Source: the human T2T-CHM13v2.0 reference genome, Homo sapiens
Assembly: GCF_009914755.1 (NCBI RefSeq)
Contig: NC_060935.1
DNA: 64,000 nt
Strand: one strand, 5' to 3'
Shown piece by piece: positions 1-16,399 of this stretch. A model generated the notes under the pieces. The model did not search any database, was not told the DNA's origin, and saw only the letters and a program-made list of their open reading frames with translations. A program made the translations under genes and the position numbers. Position 1 is the first letter of the stretch. Every line of letters starts with the position of its first letter.

Positions 1-375
1 CTAGGTCATGACCCTGGATCCTGATTCAGAAGGATGGAGTAGGACCCAGGAATCTCTATTTCACAGTAAGTGCCCCGGGTGATTCTTATGCTCAGGCAGG
101 TTTGCCAATATTTGCTCTAGAGCAGTCTCAGTCTTGTCTACACACTAGAATTACCTGGGGAGTTAGAAACAATACTGATGCCTGGGTTCCACCTCAGAGA
201 TTCTGTTGACCTACAGTACAGCCTGGGCATGGGGTTTTTTAAAAGTCCCTCAATAATTCCAATATGCAGCTAAAGTGAGAACCACTGCTCCAAAGGGGTT
301 TTTCAAAGGGTGGACTATGAATCGCTAACATCCAGAATCATCTAGGGTGCTTGTTAAAAGTGCAGACTTCTGGGC
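1..375. mobile_element. Cluster of degraded MER5-family MITEs
   Basis: Repeated TAGAATTACCTGGGGAG, GAGAACCACTG and CTTGTTAAAAGTGCAGA motifs. Confidence 0.65.
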
Positions 376-795
376 TTTCATAATTAGAATTTTAAATATG
401 TTTATTGTTCATTATTTTCTCAGAGAGTGGCACAAGTTCAAGAATTGCTATTGAGGAACCACTCATCTAATCTACCCCACTCTTTTCTTGGCTGGGGAAA
501 CTGAAGTCTAAGAAGGGAAAGGACACGTTCAGAGTCAGACTCTAAGTCTGTACCAGAAGCCCATCAAGGACCTGGGTCAGTCCAGTGCTCTTTCCATTGC
601 CCCATGTTGCTGTGCCATACTATTATGTCCCTCCTTTTCAAACGCAAGATGGTTAAAAAAAAAAAAAAAGGAAGAGGGTGAAAACAATTGGTCTCTATTT
701 GTCATAGGGGCTTGTCCGAAGGAACACATTCAAATGCTTTTTGAATTAGCACCTAGTGACCATAACATCTCAACAAGAAAGGATCTGAGTCATAC

Positions 796-1016
796 CTGTG
801 ATTAAGGAGCTGACTTGCAACACCAGGTTACTGGATTTCTCCAGGATACACTGGCTCCCAGGGTCTAGGCTGCTGGCACCTGGCCCAAGATGGTCCCTAC
901 AGCTCTCCTGGTGCTGTGAGATGGCCGTTTGAGTCTGAGGGCTGAGGGGTAGGAAAGGCTTGGTGAGCTTCTGGCGGAAGTACCTCTGAATCTGATCAAG
1001 CTCACTCAGATTCTTC
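796..1016 (-). CDS. C2CD3: C2CD3 coding exon, 221 nt ([17 protein letters not shown]...LQVSSLIT)
   Basis: Within ORF 770..1045; tttatag|G AAG and ACA G|gtatga; gene probably continues left of the window. Confidence 0.9.
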
Positions 1017-2739
1017 CTATAAACAAAAGGGGGAGAAGAAGACAAAGGGGTAATTCATGGAGATTATGAACATCTCTTATGTCCCCTGGACACTACCGCT
1101 TGAGCCAAAGCCTTAATACCTCTCACTTGGTCTATTAATATACTAAGTCCCTCTCTCTCCAATCCACCAACTCATCCTTCACTCCTCTGACTACAATCCT
1201 GCTGCTGGGGGCAACTTTCTCCCCCTTTTGTCTGTCTAATGCGATTCCTCATCTGATGTCCAGCAAAAATGCCACTTCCTCAGAAAGGAACCATTCTTGA
1301 CCACCATTCCAGTCCTTATTTCTGTTTACTTTGACAGAATAAAGCCCTACTCTGCGCTAACACTGTCCTTTGCTACCTCATAACCATTCCTGATCCTTCA
1401 GGCAAGCAACTTCTAAAAAGCCTTCCCTAAATTGGTTTAGGGGCTCCTCTTCTGTGCTCCATAGTTCTTTCTGCACTCTTCCATCACATCACTCATTTAT
1501 TTAACACCTATTTCCCCTGATGTACGGTCAGCTCTGGGCTGATTCCTTTACATCTACTGCACCCAGCATAGTGCTTGGCACAAAACAAAAGAATGCTGGA
1601 TGGATAAAAGGACATAAATAAGTGATTTTAAAAATCTGTTTAAAAGCCTTTAATAGGGCCACATTCTCACCATTCTCCAATAAGAAATCACACCAACCTT
1701 CACTTGCATAGGATTTTATGTTTATGCTTTTAAACATATTATCTTGTTTAATTTTCAGCTAATCATATGAGATCAGTAATTATAAATAAGCAACTTGAGT
1801 TTCAGAGAAGTTAAGTGACTTGTCCAGAGCAGGGAGCAGTATGTAGCTACTCAGAATCTGGGACTCCAAGTCATGCTTTTTCCATATGAGATGGACTCTG
1901 TTCCAGCTGGGTTCGTTCCTTCCTCATACTTCTGCTGATACTGGAACCCCAGTTCAAGCAACTCCCTGCTCTGTTTCTATTCCAGTCAGCTTTTAAGGTT
2001 GCAGCTCACATTTCTTCTTTTCAAAGTCCATTATCCCAAATCTTTGCACCACCTGTCCCTTAAACACCTTCACACTCATCATTTCACACATCAAACTTTT
2101 TCTTAGATTTTCCCTTAATTGTCTCATTATATGTTAGTTCAGTTTCCCTAAGTAGGCCATGGGCGTCTCAGAATAGAAGATATATCTCACACTTCTCTAT
2201 TTCCTTAGTACACTCAATGTGCCTGGTATAATCAACACAGCATGGACACCAAATACCTGTGACATGAACTGAAAGTCTTTCTATCCTTTTGTTAGAAACA
2301 GTCTGCGTATCTTAGAGGAAAATCCAAATGAGAGGACAAAGTTGATCCTTATTCTATCACTAGAGGCCAAGACTCAAGTCACGGTGGTGTGTACCAAATC
2401 ACTTAGGTGTCTATATCGTGGTATATGCCACATGGATAAACATCTGCAGGAGGAACATGCAAACAAATGTAACTTGGGGTAGCTTTGGGAAATAAGCAAA
2501 TCTACTGGTCTTGTTAGACCAGTGTAGAACCATGTAGAACCATGGCATGTCAACCTATGAACACCAAGCTGTACTTTGCTCATCTGTGAAACACAGGTTT
2601 ATTAATACTTGCTCTGCAGGCCTGAAATGATAGCTGTGATTCAAATGCAGCACTGTTTAAGGGCTCTCTGAATCCAAGGAGGTTATGCAAATTGATCTCA
2701 CCTTGTTTCGCGCCCATTTGGTAAAGAATTCCTCTAGAT

Positions 2740-3146
2740 AGTAGTTCTGAAAGCCTAGTTCTAGGACCAGCTGCAGCAGCATCACCTGAGCTTGTTAGAA
2801 ATGCAGAGTCTCAGGCCTTATCCTAGACCTACTGAATCAGGCACTGTGTGGATGGGTCCTAGCAATCAGTGCTGTAATAAGCCCTTCATGGGATTCTGAT
2901 ATACACTAAATTTTGCGAACTACTGTCCTAGGGCAGTGGTTTTCAACCTGGCAATATTGTCCCTCAGGATACACTTGGCAATGTCTGGAGACATTTTGGG
3001 TTGTCACAAGTGGGAGAGGGGTGCTACTGGTATGTAGTTGGTAGAGGCCAGGGATGCAGCTAAACAACCTACAATGCGCAGAACTGACCCTCAAAACAAA
3101 ATATCTGACCAGAATGTCAATAGTGCCAAAGTTGAGAGAAACTACT
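2740..3146. mobile_element. Adjacent MER5A (~2740-2925) and MER20 (~2934-3146)
   Basis: CAGCATCACCTG...CTTGTTAGAAATGCA (MER5A) and GGCAATGTCTGGAGACATTTT (MER20) signatures. Confidence 0.8.
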
Positions 3147-3340
3147 CGAAGGTGAAGGAGTTTCTTTTTTTAAGTGGGTTCCAAATAGGTTATGTGAATG
3201 ACCCAAAAAAATACAACCAAATTATCAATGGTTTCACTTAAACAGCCTACAATCTCTAGCACCTTACTAATATGAAGATAAGAATCTGAACATATTACTT
3301 CTTCGTAAAATAACTTTGGGCAGTTTCCTATAGTCTATAG

Positions 3341-3676
3341 CAGAAGTCCCCAACCTCTGGGCTGTGTTCGTGGCCTATTAGGAACTGGGCCGCACAGCAG
3401 GAGGTGAGTGGGGGCAAGTGAGCTTTACTTCTGAGCTCCGCCTCCTGTCAGATCAGCAGCAGCATTAGATTCTCATAGGAGCACAAACCCTATTGTGAAC
3501 TGCTCATGTGAGGGATCTAGGTTGTGCGCTCCTTATGAGAATCTAAATAATGCCTGATGATGGGAGGTGGAACAGTTTCATCTGGAAACCACCCCCCACC
3601 CCCAACCCCACCCTTGTGGAAGAAAAATGGTCTTCCACAAAACCAGTGTCTGGTGCCAAAAAGGTTGGGGCTGCTG
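3341..3676 (+). mobile_element. MER1B hAT-Charlie MITE
   Basis: CAG...CCCCAACC / GGTTGGGG...CTG termini; perfect 8-bp TSD GTCTATAG at 3333-3340 and 3677-3684. Confidence 0.9.
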
Positions 3677-3793
3677 GTCTATAGCACTATTGATCAATTT
3701 TTAACTTGTCTCATTAACCAAAAAGATTTTGTTGATGTTTCTTTTCTGACTTTGCATTATGAATCAAAGAATAGGTTAGTTTTTTTTTTTTCA

Positions 3794-4126
<333 letters not shown>

Positions 4127-5370
4127 TCAGGCCTGTTGTCCTGGAGAATAAGGAGGGAAGCAAGGCCAGGTGTTCGAGCCCAGCCTGGGCAGCATAGGAA
4201 GCCTTTATCTATCACACACACACACGCACACACACACACACACGCACACACACACACCCCTTTTAAACATTTTTTCCTTAAATTTTTTTTTTTTTTTTTT
4301 GGTGCTATAACAGATTTTACTCATGTCAATAAAAACTGACAAACATGATTATCTGAAATCTGTATGGGTAACTTTTTAAAGATGGAGTACATTTTGATTG
4401 TAGCAACCTCCATATTGTTCTTTTAAGTGGTTACATAATGTTGATACTTTCATTTTTCCTTAAATTTTACATACTCTCCTCCTTTCCTTCCTCCAACACC
4501 TTTCACTTAAGAATAATTGTTCTAAGGGTAATAATTCTTAGTCTGACATTCAAGGACCTTCATGATGTGACTCTTAAAAAATTCACCCTGCTTCTTGCAT
4601 CTTATGCTCAGCTTTTTCCTACATGCACTGCTGGCATTTCCCCAAACTTGACTTGCCCCTGAGCCTTGGCGTAAGTTCTTTCTGCACAAAATGTCCTCCA
4701 AAGACCAGTTCAAATGTGACTTCTTTAAATCTTTCCAGGAACAATCCAGAATATTAGGCATTCCCCTGTCTACTCTTGGCCAGGGAAATTGCAGCTCTTA
4801 CTACCCTGCATTATAATTATTTGGCAACATGGCTATCTCCTCCACTGAGATGGGCAGAGCAAGGATTGGAGGTCAAGTCTATCTGACCCTGAAGCCATGT
4901 CCTTTCCACTGTGCCACACTTTTCATTAGATAAGCTAGGGGCTGATCTAGCTGATCTATCATCACCCTTTCAATTCTCACAGCGATTCTCTGGCTCAGGT
5001 GCTAACTAAACTAAGAAAGGAACAGAAAAGAGTTAACAGGACAGAGGCTGGTCTGGACGAAGTAAATGGTTGTGAGGTTGTGAGGCTGGTTATTATTAAG
5101 TTTTGGTGAACAATCTGAAGCTCCTACATTTACAGGTGCATCAGTAACAGAGCCCCCTGAAGGAATGGAAGGTCCCAAGCTGATACAGATTCATCTATGA
5201 GGAATCCCATGAGGCTCCAGGGTCCAACCTGATACTAACATGCAAAAGAGCCCTCTACTAATGTTCCTAGGGCGGTGGCAGGTGATGGAAAAGCAGTAAT
5301 GCACATTGCCATTTCTCATTCACCTTGTGCCCCACTATGGTTTCCTGTGTCTTTTCTCAGTAGAGCCTCA

Positions 5371-5583
<213 letters not shown>

Positions 5584-5721
5584 TCAATGAGAACACTGCT
5601 AGTGTGACAATAAACAAATCACTATCCTGAAATGGAATGCAAATCTATCCCCACTATCACAGTTCTGGCCTTATCATCTCTTGCTTGGATTATAAATGTC
5701 TCCAAAATAATCCTGTCTTCA

Positions 5722-6198
<477 letters not shown>

Positions 6199-7167
6199 TT
6201 ACGCCATGTGATTATCACCATTCCTTTCTGGCTTTGGCTTTTAAACAAATCTCAAATTCCTGAGCATGATATTCAAGATCATGACTCCAACAATCTCTTT
6301 TTAATTCACCGCTTTATTGAGATATAATTCACATGCCATACAATTCACCTATTTAAAGTGTATTATTCAATGGTTTTTAGTATATGCAGTTACGTAACTG
6401 TTACCACAATCAGTTTTAGAACATTTTTACCACTCACAAAACAACCTCATACCCATTAGAACCATTCTACATTTCCTGGTCCTAGGCAACTACTAATTTA
6501 TTTTCTGCCTCAATAGGTTTGCCCATTCTGGATATTTCATATAAATGGAATCATATAATATGTGTTTTTTGGTGACTGGCTTCTTTCATTTAGCATAATG
6601 TTTTCAAGCTTCATCTGTAGTACAGCATGTATCAGTCCTTCATTCCTTTTTACAGCTGAATAATATTCTGTTGGATAGATATACCACATTTTGTTTATCT
6701 ACTCAGTTGACGGGCATGAGTTGCTTCTACTTTTTGGTTATTAGGAATAATGCTACAAACATACGTGTACAAGTTTTTGTGTGGACATTTGTTTTCATTT
6801 CTTTTGGGCATAAAACTAGAAGCAGAATTACTGGGTCATATGGTTACTCCATGTTTAAGGAACTTCCAGATTATTTTCCAATGCACCTGCAGTGTTTTAC
6901 TATCCCACCGGCAATGTATAAGGGTTCCAATTTATCTACCCCTTCCTAAGGCTTGAGATATCTTTTTTTTTTTTTAAATACAGTCACCCTAGTGGATATA
7001 AAGTGGTACCTCATTGTGGTTTTGATTTGCATCTTTTACTGTGATTATTGGCCATTTGTATATCTTTTTTTGAAGAAATGTCTATTCAGATCCTTTGCCC
7101 ATTTTTAAACTGGTTATTTGCTTTTTATTATTGAGTTGTAAGAGTTCTTTATATATTCTATATATTA

Positions 7168-7460
7168 TTTTGAGACAGGGTCTCACTTTGTCTTCCAGGC
7201 TGGAGTGCATGGCTCAATGCAGCCCTGACCTCCTGGGCTCAAGTGATCTTCCCACCTCAGCCTCCTAAGTAGCTGAGACCACAGATGTGCACCACCAAGT
7301 CTGAGTAGTTTTTTAATTTTTTGTGGAGATGGGCTCTCACCATGTTGCCCATCTCTATAAAAAATAATAACATGGTCTTGACCTCCTGAGTTCAAGCGAT
7401 CCTCCCACCGCAGCCTCCCCAAGTGCTGGGATTACAGGTGTGAGCCACTGCACCCAGTCC
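7168..7460 (-). mobile_element. AluJ
   Basis: Reverse Alu with J-type CTCCTGGGCTCAAGTGATC. Confidence 0.85.
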
Positions 7461-7493
7461 CCTTTATATGTTCTAGATATAAGATCTATAACT

Positions 7494-7814
<321 letters not shown>

Positions 7815-8895
7815 CTATGGGTTGTCTTTTCACTTTCTTGATGGTATCACTTGCAGTGTAAAAATTCCAGTTTTAAAATTTTTATTTATTTTTATAATTT
7901 CAATTTGTATTTTAGATCTGAGGGTGTATGTGCAGGATGCTGAGGTTTGGGGTTTGAATGATCCCATCACCCAGGTACTAAGCATATTACCTAACAGTCA
8001 GTTTTTCAACTTTTGTCCTCCTCCCTTTCTCCTTCCTTTAGTAGTCCCTAGTTTCTTTTGTTGACTTTTTTATGTCTATGAATACCCAATGCTTAGCTGC
8101 CACTTATAAGAGAGAACATGTGGTATTTGGTTTTCTGTTCTTGTGTTAATTCGCTTAGGATAATGGCCTCCAGCTGCATCCACGTTGCTGCAAAGAACAT
8201 GATTTTGTTCTTTTTTTTTTTTAATGGCTGTGAGAGTTTTTAATTTTGATGAATCTAATTTTTTTCTTTTGTTATTTGTGCTTTTGGTGTCATTTCCTAA
8301 GGAATCATTGTCTAATCCAAGCTCATGAAGATTTACTCCTCTGCTTCCTAGGAAGAGTTTTATAGTTTTAGTTTTTACATTTAGATATGTGACCCATTTG
8401 AAGTTAATTTTTGTGTATGGTTTGAGGAAGGGGTCCAACTTCAATCACTTGCATGTGGATACCTAGTTGTTCCAGCACCATTTATAGAAAAGACTAGTTT
8501 TTCCTCATTAGTCTTGGCATCCTTGTTGAAAATTAGTTGACCACAGACACATGGGTTTATTTTGAGATTATCAATTCAATTCCACTGATTTATATTTCTA
8601 TCCTCATTCCAGTACTGTTTTGCTTACAGTAGCATTGTAGTAAGCTTTGGAATTAGGGACTCTGTTCTTTTTCAAGGTTGTTTTGCCTATTCCATGTGCC
8701 TTGAATTTCCATACTAATTTTAAGATCAGCTTGTCCATTTCCACAAAGCCAGCAGGAATTTTGATAGGGATTGTGTTGAATCTGTAGATCAACGTGGAGA
8801 ATATTGCCATCGTAAAAATATTAAGTCTGTTAATCCATAGATATGGGATGTCTTTGATTTTATTTAGACCTTTTTCAATTTTCTTTTTTCTTTCC

Positions 8896-9224
<329 letters not shown>

Positions 9225-9672
9225 TAGAAATACAATTGATTTTGCTTATTATGTTTTAAAAGTTTCTGTTTCAATTTCTAATATGGTAAAAATTGATAGA
9301 TATAACCCACATAAACCCGTTTGGGTCATCACTAATTTTTAATAGTATAAAAGGGTTTTGAAGTGAAAATGTTTAAGAACCACTGCTTTATTAATGTGTA
9401 ACTGACATAAAATAAACTTTACATATTTAAAGAATACAATTTGATGAATTTTAACACATGTATACATCCAAATAAACCATTACCATGAAATAATGAATAT
9501 ATCTACCATCTCCAAAAGTTTCTTCTTGTCTTTTGCAATTCCTTCCTCCTTTCCTCCTTATCCACCCTGCCTTGTCCCTAGGCAACCACTGATTTGCTTT
9601 CTGTCACTATAGGTTAGGATGCATTTTCTAGGATTTTATATAAATGGAATCATATACAAGGTACTTTTTATT

Positions 9673-9947
9673 ATTTTAAGAGACAGGTTCTCACTCTGTC
9701 ACTCAGGCTGAAGTGCAGTGGTGTGATCATAGGTCACTGCACCCTTAAGTACCTGGGCTCAAGTGAGCCTCCTGCCTCAACCTCCTGAGTAGCTAGGACT
9801 ACAGGCAGGCAAATTTTTAATTTTTTTGTGGAGATGGGGTCTCACTATGTTGTCCAGGATCATCTTGAACTCCTGGCCTCAAGCGATCCTCCCATCTCAG
9901 CCTCCTAAAGCACTGAGATTAAAGGCCTGAGTCACCATGGCTGGCCC
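9673..9947 (-). mobile_element. AluJ
   Basis: Reverse dimer within an L1M relic. Confidence 0.85.
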
Positions 9948-11521
9948 AATGTACTCTTTTTCGTCTAGCTTCTCTTCCTCAGCATAATTATTTTTATATT
10001 CATTTTGTTGTCTATCAGTAATGCATTTCTTCTTGTTTTTGAGTAGTATTAATATTTCATTGTATGGATATACGACAATTTTGTTATTTGTTCACCTCTT
10101 TGTTGATGGACACCTGAGTTGTTTATAGTTTTTGGTTATTACAAATAAAGCACAAAGACCAGAAAGTTTGGAAACTGCTGTTCTACGCATTTCACAAGTA
10201 TTATTAGTAATAAAACCTCTCTCTTAAGGCTGCTGTGAAAACCCAGTGAGCTAATGTATATAAAGTCCATATAAAAGTGAGTTATTTCTATTCTCATTTA
10301 CTCTTTGTAACAGCCCTTGAGGTACTATATTATTTTCATCCTACAAATTAGAAAGCTAAAGCTCAGAAAACTAAAGTAATTAGCCTCAGGTCACATGTAA
10401 CTAGTAAGTGGTAAAGCCAGGATAGGATTCCAGATCTGTCTGACCTCACAGCCCACTTTACCACCCTGTCCCTTGAGCAGGGCAGGGTCAGGAAGAGCTG
10501 GATCTCTGTTAAGATGGTTAGAGAGTGAATTATAGCCTAGCCTTAAATGGCTGTCTGTATATAATATGACACTTCGATGTGGCCCTTCTGAAGTGGTAAC
10601 AGGGACATCTTTATGTGGACAAAAGGCAAGCCATTAACCTTTTAGCTTTTAAAATTACTAAAGGGTGGGCATTAGAGATATCCTCATCCTACCCATGTGT
10701 CCCACTGTGGGTATGGTCAAAGTGACACTTTTATAAAAGAGATAACAAAGGAATTATCTAAAATCTGGGATCTAGGAATTGACAGATACATAGCTCTCTT
10801 TGTACAGAGGACCAAGGATCTCTTCATGTGGTGATCAAGTAGAAAACTATGTAGCCCTGAATTGGGCCTTAGAATGTTACATGATATTAGTGTCTTCTTG
10901 GAATAAAAGGGTCTGCTCAGTAACTGCTCTTGTAGGAAGGGCTGCTGTAGGGCAAGATTCCTTGCCCTTTCCCTGAGCTGAAGAGAAAGACATAGGAAAG
11001 ACTCTGGTGTAGGCAGCGGGGTGCTTCAGATGGTTCTAGGGCCTGTAAAGAGGTAGAATGGAAAGCAGCAACCTTATTCTTAGACCCTGTCCTTGTATAG
11101 GATGGAACATGCTCTAGCCCTGAGAGCCATATGCATGTTCAAGGCTGGCTTGGTGAAAAGGATGGACCAGTTGCTTTTTGTAAAATAAACTGGCACATAG
11201 TTTTAGCAGGGGAAAGAAGATGTATTTCTCACATAGTTGATGACTGAATTTAGGGATAAAGGTTAAAGGCCTTTGAGGATAACAGAAACTTGTCCCTTGT
11301 ACTGAAGTGACCCTTCTGATAGCAGTACAAATTCTAGCTCCTATCTTATAAAAACTTTGTTTTCATACGATCTTGGGGTTTTTGGAGTTGTGACAGAAGA
11401 TCAACAAAGCTCTTACCCTGTCTTGTTTTTTCCTCTAATAAAGGAAAGAGAGAAATGATAAGCCAGTTCACACACTTCCATTTTTTAACCCCATTTCTTC
11501 TCATCATCAAGAATTCACTCA

Positions 11522-11752
<231 letters not shown>

Positions 11753-12612
11753 TTAATTTACTGAATACTTTGTGTTAAACACTGTGCTAAACAATTTACA
11801 TACATTTTCTCATTTATAATCTTATGAGGCAACTATTATTATTATACTCATTTTACAGACTATGCTATCAGATTTGTTTTCAGTTGCTTTATCTATATTT
11901 ATGCTCTTGTTCCTCCAGCTATTAATACACTGTAAATGCCTGAATGGATATCATTTTACATTTACCTTACATATGAGGATAATCTGGCTGTGAAATTTCT
12001 TGTCTTAGGACTACCAGGGTTGGGCCGAAGAAATGACCTTCCTATATTGGGACCAATGAACTCTGTTTTCTTATGCATGCTTTCATCCAGTATTTATGGA
12101 TGACCACTCTGTGCCAGACCCTGGGCCAGGCACGAGAGACAGAGAGATGAATAGAAAACATAGTCTTTGCCTTGATAGAGGTCCCGTATTTTTGATAGTC
12201 TGGGAAATTCTTTCTTTTACAGTTAAACTCCTTGAAAGAGTTGTCTACGCTTACCGTGATCAATTCCCCTCTTCATATTCTTTCAATTATTTTTTTAAAT
12301 GAAAGACTAATGATATCAATGTAACAGAGTTGAAAAACAAGTCAGTTGATAGAGTTTCAGATTCTATATGACAACCTTGTTTTATTTGGAAACTGCGATA
12401 TAATTAATGTATTATACAATTCATCCTTTTAAAAAGCTCAATTCACTGGTTTTCAGTGTATTCAAAGTTGTGCAACCATCACTACTAACTAATTCCAGAA
12501 CATTTTCATCACCCCAAAAGGTCAGGAGGTTGTTATGAGACACATATAGTATATAACGTATTCTATAAGCCGGAGAGTGCCAAACATGAGTAAAGGATGT
12601 TCTTATAGGTCA

Positions 12613-12960
<348 letters not shown>

Positions 12961-13107
12961 TTAGTGATCCCAAAGCCATCAGAGAAGACAGATAATGAAG
13001 TTGAGAGGGACTGGCAACCAAAGCCTGCCTTCCCTGTTAGGAATTCCCTTTCTGTATGGTGGGAAAAAGCTGACAGGCTTGCACTTCATTCTCTCTCTCT
13101 CTCTCTC

Positions 13108-13398
13108 ATTTTGAAAGAGATGGGGTCTCACTCTGATGTCTAGGTTGCAGTGCAGTAGCATGATCATAGTTCACTGCGGCCTCGAACTCGCAAACTCAAG
13201 CAATCCTCCCTCTTCAGTCTCCCAAGTAGCTAGGACTATAGGCACACACCACCATGCCCAGCTAATTTTTAATTTTTTTGTTGAGATGGGGTCTTACTAT
13301 GTTGCCTAGGTGGTCTTGAACCCCCAGCCTCAAGTGATCCTCCTGCATTGGCCTCCCAAAGTGTTGGGATTACACATGTAAGCCACCCCACCTAGCTG
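13108..13398 (-). mobile_element. AluJ
   Basis: Reverse dimer. Confidence 0.85.
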
Positions 13399-14322
13399 GT
13401 CCTCTTGATATAGGCAATTAGAAAATAACACTAAATTTAAGAACTTATTTTTCCTAGGCTATCATGTCTCAGTGATTTTTCTCAGGGCAGTATGTCTTGC
13501 AATTATGGAATTATGAGAGATTTGCATTTTCCTATTTATACTTCTCTATATTTTCCAAATTTTCTACATATGCATTATATTTAATTAAGAACAAAGTGAT
13601 GCAAATTAAAAAGGAAAAACAACTCCCTGGAGAACAGTTTAGGGTGCAAAATGAGTCTGGGCTCAGGCTCTTCTCTACATGGTAAGGGGGCTGCCTTTAA
13701 TGACTGAGAAGATTCTCTTTTTATTGGACAAGCTACCATGCAATGACCTTCATTCTCATATTCTTTGCTACTTATTCCTCATTTCTGACATGACGTAGCT
13801 GGGGACACACAGGTCTCTGTCACTCCATGAATTTCTATTTTATATAGGCTCCATTCTGTATAGTGAAATCAAAGGCTGGATCTACCAAACACTGATACAA
13901 CTGTAGGTCTATAAATTGCTTAATAAATCAAGGAATGCATATTTTCCAGAGGAGTAATCGTGAAGTTCCCACAGTTCCTTGGGCACATTCCTGGTGACAC
14001 TAAATTCATCACATACTGCATAACATTTGTTTGGACAGCTTGCTGTCCTTTAGACTGGAACCTAGCTAAACGGTGAGAAAAGGTATTACACTATGTTCCC
14101 TACACTCTCCATACCTGGCATAACATCTTCCTGCATGAAAAACTTGATAAATATTCACTGAAAGCACAAGTAAACTGGCCAACCTAGAGTGGGACAAAGG
14201 AGCAGTGTGCCACAATAGCAAATCTAGGTATGGCTTTGACTGGAAAACATATTCCTCTAACTCCCTGAGCCTCAGTCACACACATATAATGAGAAGTACT
14301 GAACCAGATTCAAGATCCCCTT

Positions 14323-14632
14323 TGGTTGAGCAGGTGGCTCATGCGTGTAACCCCAGCACTTTGGGAGGTTGAGGAGGGAGGATTGCTTAAGGCCAAGAGT
14401 TCGAGACCAGTCTGTGCAACATAACATGACCCCATCTCTAAAAAAAACAAAACAAAACAAAAAATTTGTGGGGTATAGTGGTGCATGTCTGTAGTCCCAG
14501 CTACTTGGAAGGCTGAGGTGGGAGGACTGCTTGAGCTCAGGAGTTCACAGCTGCAGTGAGCATAATCCTACCACTGCACTCCGGCCTGGGAAACAAAGTG
14601 AGATCTTGTCTCAAAAAAGAAAAAAAAAAAAA
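14323..14632 (+). mobile_element. AluJ
   Basis: Dimer and A-tail; TSD AAGATCCCCTT on both sides. Confidence 0.88.
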
Positions 14633-15289
14633 GATCCCCTTCAACTTGGAAAGTTTTTGATTCTATAAACACTTGAAGCTGTATTCCCCAGAGTGGGGGT
14701 CAAGTAATTCTTACCCACTGGGGATGAAGTATGATGGAGGTTTCTGCCTAAAATGAAGGTAGTACGTCCTAAACATACTTGAGGAGTGCTTTGGCTAAGC
14801 AGATCACAGAGAAAAGGAATGGCTTGGAAGAGTTAAATTTAACATTGGATTAACAGGACAACCCACCATTCTCCCTTTGCAGTTAATATTCTAGTCAACA
14901 AGAACTTCCCTCAACTCTTTCTTGACTTGAAACTTTGTATTTGTTTTCCCCTCTGACTACAGTAAAAATCCTGCCCCTTCATTCCTCAGTTCAGGTGTGC
15001 TCCAGGAAGCCTTCTCTGACATCCTAAGTCTGGGTTAGACGTCTCCTATCAGAGTACCCTGTATTTGTCTAATCATACTATACTGTACTTTTTATGTCCC
15101 ACACTGACTGTAAGCTCTGTGAGGACAGGGACCATGCCTGTTTTATTTTACCTTTGTATCCCTAGTACTTAGCATGGTGCCTGGCACAGAATAGAAACTT
15201 AAATAAAACATCTGCTGAACACAGCTTGGTTGGATTTGAGTACTTGCTATACTAGATGTGTTGAGTTTGTGTGGAAAAGATAGAATTAA

Positions 15290-15417
15290 CCCATTTATGC
15301 TAGAGTCTGCAAATTTTTTTGTAAAAAATCAGACCTTGGTCATGACCTTGAGCAGTAGGATATAAATAACTCCCACAAGCTTAGCGTTCCAATAATGGAA
15401 CACCAGGCATAAGTGGG
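15290..15417 (-). mobile_element. MER85 piggyBac MITE
   Basis: TTAA|CCCATTTATGC ... GCATAAGTGGG|CTAA termini; internal palindrome GTTCCAATAATGGAAC at 15386-15401. Confidence 0.9.
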
Positions 15418-16399
15418 CTAAGGGGAGAGAGACATCTACATACACTAAGTAGTGGTCAGTGTGGTCTAGGCATTTTCCTCACTTTCATTTATGACCAGAT
15501 CTTAGCAAGACCCTCTTGAAGTCCTGGAAGGTAGGGAATGTATTTTATTCTCTACACTCCAATAGTCCTAGCATAGTACCTGACACATAGTAGACATAAT
15601 AATAAAAATAGCTCCATTTATTAAGCAATAATTATGTGCCAAGTACTTTACATATATTATCTCTAATCCTCACAAATTCTGCAAGGCCAGTACTATTATT
15701 CTAATTTTATAAATAAGAAAGATAACAGGAAAGAGGTGAAGTGATTTAATTCGGGCCACATAGTTATTATAGTAAACAGCAGAGCCAAGATTTGAACTCA
15801 GGTCTGCATAAGACCAAAGTTTATTCTCTTTTTCCTGCTAAAATAAGTGCTGACTTGTGAACCCTGGTCTGCTTCAGAATCTCTGTGGTACTTTAGAGAG
15901 AAGAGAGAAAAAGCCTAGAAAGGAGGGTGGAGCCCAGCTAAATACAGCAAGAATTCCTTGTGTTGATTCAGAGAAAAGCGAGTTATGATCAGCTCTTGCT
16001 GTATTTATGAGGTTGGGTAGCAGTGGAGGAACTAAGTGAATCCAAAGCAGCAACATAGAACTCATCATCAAAACAAGGGACTCACAGCAGCACTCACCAA
16101 CAGGAGCACAGGCAGAGAGAAAGGTCAGTCAATTCCCTTTACACTCTGATTTCTCTCAGGTCTTTACTAGGGTTTGAGGTTAGCTCCAAATATCACCACT
16201 GGCAAACAAAAAACTGTGACTCTGTAGGCTGTGTAGGTGACTTAAAACAAATGAAGATTTGGAAATCAGGGCCTAGCTGGAATCTTAAAGAAGCTAGACT
16301 TAGAGGAGAGATTTAGTGAGATAAAATTTTCTAAGCTGTGAGATGGTTAGAAGTCCTCATCACCTCAATTTTCCAAGTTTTCCAATCTTACTAGCATGG

